Source: a virus (Duplodnaviria; Caudoviricetes). Taken from it: a DNA stretch of 28,184 bases. The DNA is taken from the IMG/VR virus record IMGVR_UViG_3300044266_000272, positions 1 to 28,184 of that record; one strand, written 5' to 3'. The notes below the pieces were generated by a model. It was given only the letters and a program-made list of their open reading frames with translations, did not search any database and had not been told where the DNA came from. Shown in pieces: positions 24,796 through 28,184 of this stretch. How positions within the stretch are numbered: the stretch's first letter is position 1; the number at the start of each line of letters is the position of its first letter. A program made the translations under genes and the position numbers.

Positions 24796-24847
24796 ATTAT
24801 AAAGGTTTTGGTAGAAAATGTCAATAGGTTGTTGTACCAAAACAACA
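24796..24847 (-). promoter_or_regulatory. Early sigma70 promoter with upstream palindrome
   Basis: TTGACA-17 nt-TATAAT (24824-24796); TGTTG-N8-CAACA at 24830-24847. Confidence 0.8.
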
Positions 24848-24997
24848 CTATTCATCTTCCAGTTTATCGAGATACTCCATAATAATGACTTCTATTGCTT
24901 TTTGTATTAAAGCATTGTGTGCTTCTTTATCATATTCAACGGTAATATTAGCAGAGCCATCTTCGTTTTCTTCTAAGAATTTAATTTCTAATTTCAT
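24848..24997 (-). CDS. Small acidic hypothetical protein, 49 aa (MKLEIKFLEENEDGSA...)
   Basis: Manual translation; SD GGGGAG; ATGA overlap. Confidence 0.65.
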   Translation of the reverse strand: MKLEIKFLEENEDGSANITVEYDKEAHNALIQKAIEVIIMEYLDKLEDE

Positions 24998-25296
24998 TTC
25001 TCTCCCCTTACTTTAGCTTCTATTGCCCTGACTATTTCATGTGCTTCTGCACCAGTTCGACAGTTATAAATTCTTACTGTGAAGTCAGTTTTTTCCTCAT
25101 CACTTAATGGCTTTGTTTGTGGCAATACAGCGTCATAAACCAATCCACCGCAAGTAGCACAAACTTTTCCATCCTTTTCCAACTCCATTATTCTGTCTGC
25201 TTGTTGGCGAAGCATATTGGCATAAATCTCAAATGGCTTAGCACCATTATGATACTGAATATTATCTAATTGGCTTGCTAATTCATATGCGTTCAT
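24994..25296 (-). CDS. Hypothetical phage protein with CxxC
   Basis: MLRQQADRI.ELE and KPLSDEE...RAIEAK modules. Confidence 0.65.
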   Translation of the reverse strand: MNAYELASQLDNIQYHNGAKPFEIYANMLRQQADRIMELEKDGKVCATCGGLVYDAVLPQTKPLSDEEKTDFTVRIYNCRTGAEAHEIVRAIEAKVRGEK

Positions 25297-25685
25297 TTTT
25301 GTTCTTTCTTAATTTGATCCGAATGTTTACAAGTACCACGATAGGAATATCCTATACAATTACAAACATACTTATCACCAATCAATTGAACCGTGTATTC
25401 TTTACCAGAATCCGATTTTACTTTCCAATGTGGTGTAGTAATTTCTGGTTCAGGTTCTACAAATATAGTTTTAGCCAAAGCATCAAGTGCTTTGTGTTTT
25501 ACTTTTTCAAACTTACGCCTACGAGTATCCATAGGCAATGGCTTCTTGAATATGGTTACTTCGTCTGAGCTTTCTTTCGCATACGCAAGAATATTGGACT
25601 TGCCATCAAACAAGTAAATATGATTCGGCACAATAAACTCCGAATTATCCCATTCTGTAACTTCTTTGTATGCACTAATACCCAT
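25293..25685 (-). CDS. SWIM zinc-finger domain protein
   Basis: SDSGKEYTV...CNCIGYSYRGTCKH. Confidence 0.75.
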   Translation of the reverse strand: MGISAYKEVTEWDNSEFIVPNHIYLFDGKSNILAYAKESSDEVTIFKKPLPMDTRRRKFEKVKHKALDALAKTIFVEPEPEITTPHWKVKSDSGKEYTVQLIGDKYVCNCIGYSYRGTCKHSDQIKKEQK

Positions 25686-25906
25686 TATACCATTCCAAAT
25701 TTGTTTTTGATTCTATCAACTGCTCTCACGGTAAAATCCTGCACTTCACGATTTGATTGCAAAGTGGATTCATGCACAATTTCAAAGATGGCATTTTTGG
25801 CCACCATCAAAGCAAACTCAATCAAATCTTCACGCACAAATCCTGAATAATCACCCATCGGTGAAATGTCCAACATTTCTTCCATCTTACTGTAATCAAT
25901 TTCCAT
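25685..25906 (-). CDS. Hypothetical protein
   Basis: Start placed at MEIDYSK after SD GGAG. Confidence 0.6.
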   Translation of the reverse strand: MEIDYSKMEEMLDISPMGDYSGFVREDLIEFALMVAKNAIFEIVHESTLQSNREVQDFTVRAVDRIKNKFGMV

Positions 25907-25926
25907 ACAAATCTCCAAAATATAAT

Positions 25927-26169
25927 TTATTTTACTTGGCCATATTGTTGCATGAATTCTTGTTTTGCTTCTTTCATGAGCAATTTCTTTCCCCATTTCT
26001 TACGAACTCTAAATGTAATAGAAATTGGAGATTTCCAAGTTGCTCGCTTTTTCAAAACAACTTGGCCAATATAACTGCCTTCCGAAAATTTTTGATATGA
26101 TAATGTGCAGTAACCTTTTTTGGTTATATCTGAATATGCTTTATCATAGGCTTGTTTTACTGTTTTCAT
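25927..26169 (-). CDS. Hypothetical basic protein
   Basis: ORF with SD GGAG. Confidence 0.6.
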   Translation of the reverse strand: MKTVKQAYDKAYSDITKKGYCTLSYQKFSEGSYIGQVVLKKRATWKSPISITFRVRKKWGKKLLMKEAKQEFMQQYGQVK

Positions 26170-26342
26170 TCTATATCTCCAGAATATACTTCCAAATAAA
26201 TTGTTTTGATTTTACTTAAAGCATATCGTTGTGAGATATAATGCTTTACGCCTTCCACATCATCATCGCCAACATGAATGGTTCTACCATCATCCAATTC
26301 GACCATGTAATTTTTAAAACGAACATCAATAGCGAAACTCAT
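26166..26342 (-). CDS. Small hypothetical protein, 58 aa (MSFAIDVRFKNYMVELDDGR...)
   Basis: Manual translation; ATGA overlaps at both ends. Confidence 0.65.
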   Translation of the reverse strand: MSFAIDVRFKNYMVELDDGRTIHVGDDDVEGVKHYISQRYALSKIKTIYLEVYSGDIE

Positions 26343-26590
26343 GCAAATTCCTTTTCATCAATAACCCAACCCTCAGAGCGCAACTGTTCACGACCTTCTG
26401 GTGTTTTCTTCATAACATCAAACGCATCATGGATGCCATTGATACTTTCAATTAACCAATCACGATTGCGCCATTGTTCTGGTGTTGCAAAACGAGGACG
26501 AAAACCATAATAGTCTTTATGAAAATCGGAGAAATACGATTGTAATTCTTCCACATCCATGCCATCAAAATCACTCATGCACCACTCCAT
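26339..26590 (-). CDS. Conserved hypothetical early protein; start probably 26578
   Basis: YFSDFHKDYYGFRPR motif. Confidence 0.7.
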   Translation of the reverse strand: MEWCMSDFDGMDVEELQSYFSDFHKDYYGFRPRFATPEQWRNRDWLIESINGIHDAFDVMKKTPEGREQLRSEGWVIDEKEFA

Positions 26591-26904
26591 CGAATATGTT
26601 TAAAACCACCACACAATACATTACCACGAGCAAAGTTACGAGCAGGTGCACGCCAACTTGCCGATTTAAGAATGTCACCAAACTTAAACTTTTTATCATC
26701 TTGCAACATCACCCAAGAATGGGAACTCCGTTGTGTTGGACGACCATCAAAGTGGTGAAGGTGTTGCATAATAATATGTGCATACTTACGGCCAATCTCA
26801 TAGGTGAACTCTACAAATTGACCTGATGCTGTGGTATTGTAGTTATCTTGCAAATGCTCAATATACTCTTGAATACCTAAATCTAATTGATTAAACTTTC
26901 CCAT
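26575..26904 (-). CDS. Conserved hypothetical early protein
   Basis: GRKYAHII...GDILKSASWRAPARNFARGNV motif; SD AGGAG. Confidence 0.75.
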   Translation of the reverse strand: MGKFNQLDLGIQEYIEHLQDNYNTTASGQFVEFTYEIGRKYAHIIMQHLHHFDGRPTQRSSHSWVMLQDDKKFKFGDILKSASWRAPARNFARGNVLCGGFKHIRWSGA

Positions 26905-26905
26905 C

Positions 26906-27223
26906 TTAATGGCTCCTATTATTTGCCCATTTTACACCACGAATAAATGCTTCACGCTCAATGCGATTGCGTTCTGTATCTCTCTGTGAATGTTGGTACA
27001 CATCAAACGAATGAGCATCACGCTTACGAGTAGAACAGGCAGAACGGTGTGGACGGGGACCACGAAACATTACATAATACTTGGTGAAATCAATAAACTG
27101 CTTAATCTGCTCATAACTATCAATTGGTACACCTTTGTAGGTTGAACGAAAACCAGCAGGTGCCAAATACTTTTCAAACAATTGTTGCATTATTATTTCT
27201 TTACCACGATAATTTAATTCCAT
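26906..27223 (-). CDS. Hypothetical protein
   Basis: ORF with SD GGAG; YKGVP...FRGPRP. Confidence 0.65.
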   Translation of the reverse strand: MELNYRGKEIIMQQLFEKYLAPAGFRSTYKGVPIDSYEQIKQFIDFTKYYVMFRGPRPHRSACSTRKRDAHSFDVYQHSQRDTERNRIEREAFIRGVKWANNRSH

Positions 27224-27277
27224 ATAAACTCCAAAAAAGATGTGGTCTTACATCCGACAGAATGCCACATTCAAACA

Positions 27278-27559
27278 TTAGTCTTTACTTAAATTGATAA
27301 CACGATTGGCATATTCCATAAAACTCACTTGGTGCGGCACGAATACAATTTGACCAACACGATTCTTTTTATTTGCTTTTGTTTCGTATTTCTCAAACTT
27401 GTCCGCAGTCACGGTGATTTTAAAACAATTGTAACCAGGTTCATAACAATTGGTTTGCTCTACAATGCCTTCCACAAAAGCATCATCACGGCCTGCCATT
27501 GGTTTAAAATCATATGCACGAATAATATCACCAACTTTTGCTTTTTCAAAATGATTCAT
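27278..27559 (-). CDS. Hypothetical early protein
   Basis: VGDIIRAYDFKPM.GRDD.FVEG.V; SD AGGAG. Confidence 0.7.
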   Translation of the reverse strand: MNHFEKAKVGDIIRAYDFKPMAGRDDAFVEGIVEQTNCYEPGYNCFKITVTADKFEKYETKANKKNRVGQIVFVPHQVSFMEYANRVINLSKD

Positions 27560-27586
27560 AATTTCTCCTAATCAACTAATACGACC

Positions 27587-27680
27587 ATTATACAGGTACC
27601 ACTTTATACCACAAGCGATTTGGCATTTTGGACACGGTATACTTGGTCCTTACTTTTAATAATGTTGTATCCATACAACA
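27587..27680 (-). promoter_or_regulatory. Early promoter region with upstream palindrome
   Basis: TATAAT at 27592-27587, weak -35 (TTGTGG); TGTTG-N8-CAACA at 27663-27680. Confidence 0.6.
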
Positions 27681-27778
27681 GCTTTTGTTCCACAAACAAT
27701 TCCGCAATTGCTTGGTCGTCTTGAAATTGCTGTTGCAACGATTTTAATTCACTTACCACAAAATCCCATGTATTCATA

Positions 27779-27982
27779 TTACCAACTTTTCAAAGTAAAT
27801 GCTTCAATTTCAACCGATTCTTTTTCATCTAAATCTTCTGGTGCAATTTGTGCTTCGGTTTTACGAGCAAATGCAACTGCCGCATCGTTATTGTCGAATA
27901 CTGCCAGATTTGTCCATTCCCAACCAACAAAATCTACCAACTGACCAGATTTTACCAAATAAACTTCCATCATGCCCTCCAT
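27779..27982 (-). CDS. Hypothetical protein; start probably 27973
   Basis: ORF with SD GGAGG. Confidence 0.6.
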   Translation of the reverse strand: MEGMMEVYLVKSGQLVDFVGWEWTNLAVFDNNDAAVAFARKTEAQIAPEDLDEKESVEIEAFTLKSW

Positions 27983-28176
27983 GAAGCATTATCAACTGCT
28001 TGTGCTTCTAAATTATCCAACCAATCTTTTGATTCAATGATACAATCATCAGCGGCACTCATACTTCTTTCAACAAATTCAATACCTTCATCACAGGCAT
28101 AATGATAAACATCGGATAATAGGTCTTGTGCAAGTTTTAATTTTCTTTGTATTTCACCTAATTCTTTATAACTCAT
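27970..28176 (-). CDS. Hypothetical protein
   Basis: 68-aa ORF. Confidence 0.6.
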   Translation of the reverse strand: MSYKELGEIQRKLKLAQDLLSDVYHYACDEGIEFVERSMSAADDCIIESKDWLDNLEAQAVDNASWRA

Positions 28177-28184
28177 ACCTTACT

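Noticed and set aside
25684-25692. TGGTATAAT as an extended -10 promoter
   Set aside because: It coincides with a TAATG stop/start overlap and has no -35.
27224-27277. ATGTGG/CCACAT inverted repeat followed by a U-run
   Set aside because: Stem is short with a large loop; may be a weak terminator but not well enough supported.

Overview
AT-rich segment of a large T4-like (Tevenvirinae/Kyanoviridae-related) myophage genome. The tmRNA tag sequence points to a proteobacterial, probably betaproteobacterial, host (inference). The + strand left end (1-3437) is a baseplate hub/tail module: gp26, gp51 and two paralogous tape-measure-like proteins, one with a lytic transglycosylase domain. The rest is almost all on the - strand: gp32, a HAD nucleotidase, gp59, gp33, a SleB-type cell wall hydrolase, two GIY-YIG homing endonucleases, a circularly permuted two-piece tmRNA, nucleases, a PurD-like ATP-grasp enzyme, a metallophosphoesterase, a MoxR/CobS AAA+ ATPase and many small early genes behind sigma70-type promoters. 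Main highlights: (1) a radical SAM/SPASM enzyme next to a late-expressed protein with 13 Asn-Cys dipeptides and three Fe(II)/2OG or cupin hydroxylases, a candidate RiPP-like protein-modification system in a phage; (2) a two-piece tmRNA with tag ANDEKFALAA; (3) a T TTT TTC slippery site that would fuse gp26 to gp51 by -1 frameshift, as in lambda G/GT; (4) a TGTTG-N8-CAACA palindrome upstream of three early promoters. All protein calls come from motif recognition by eye; no searches were run.
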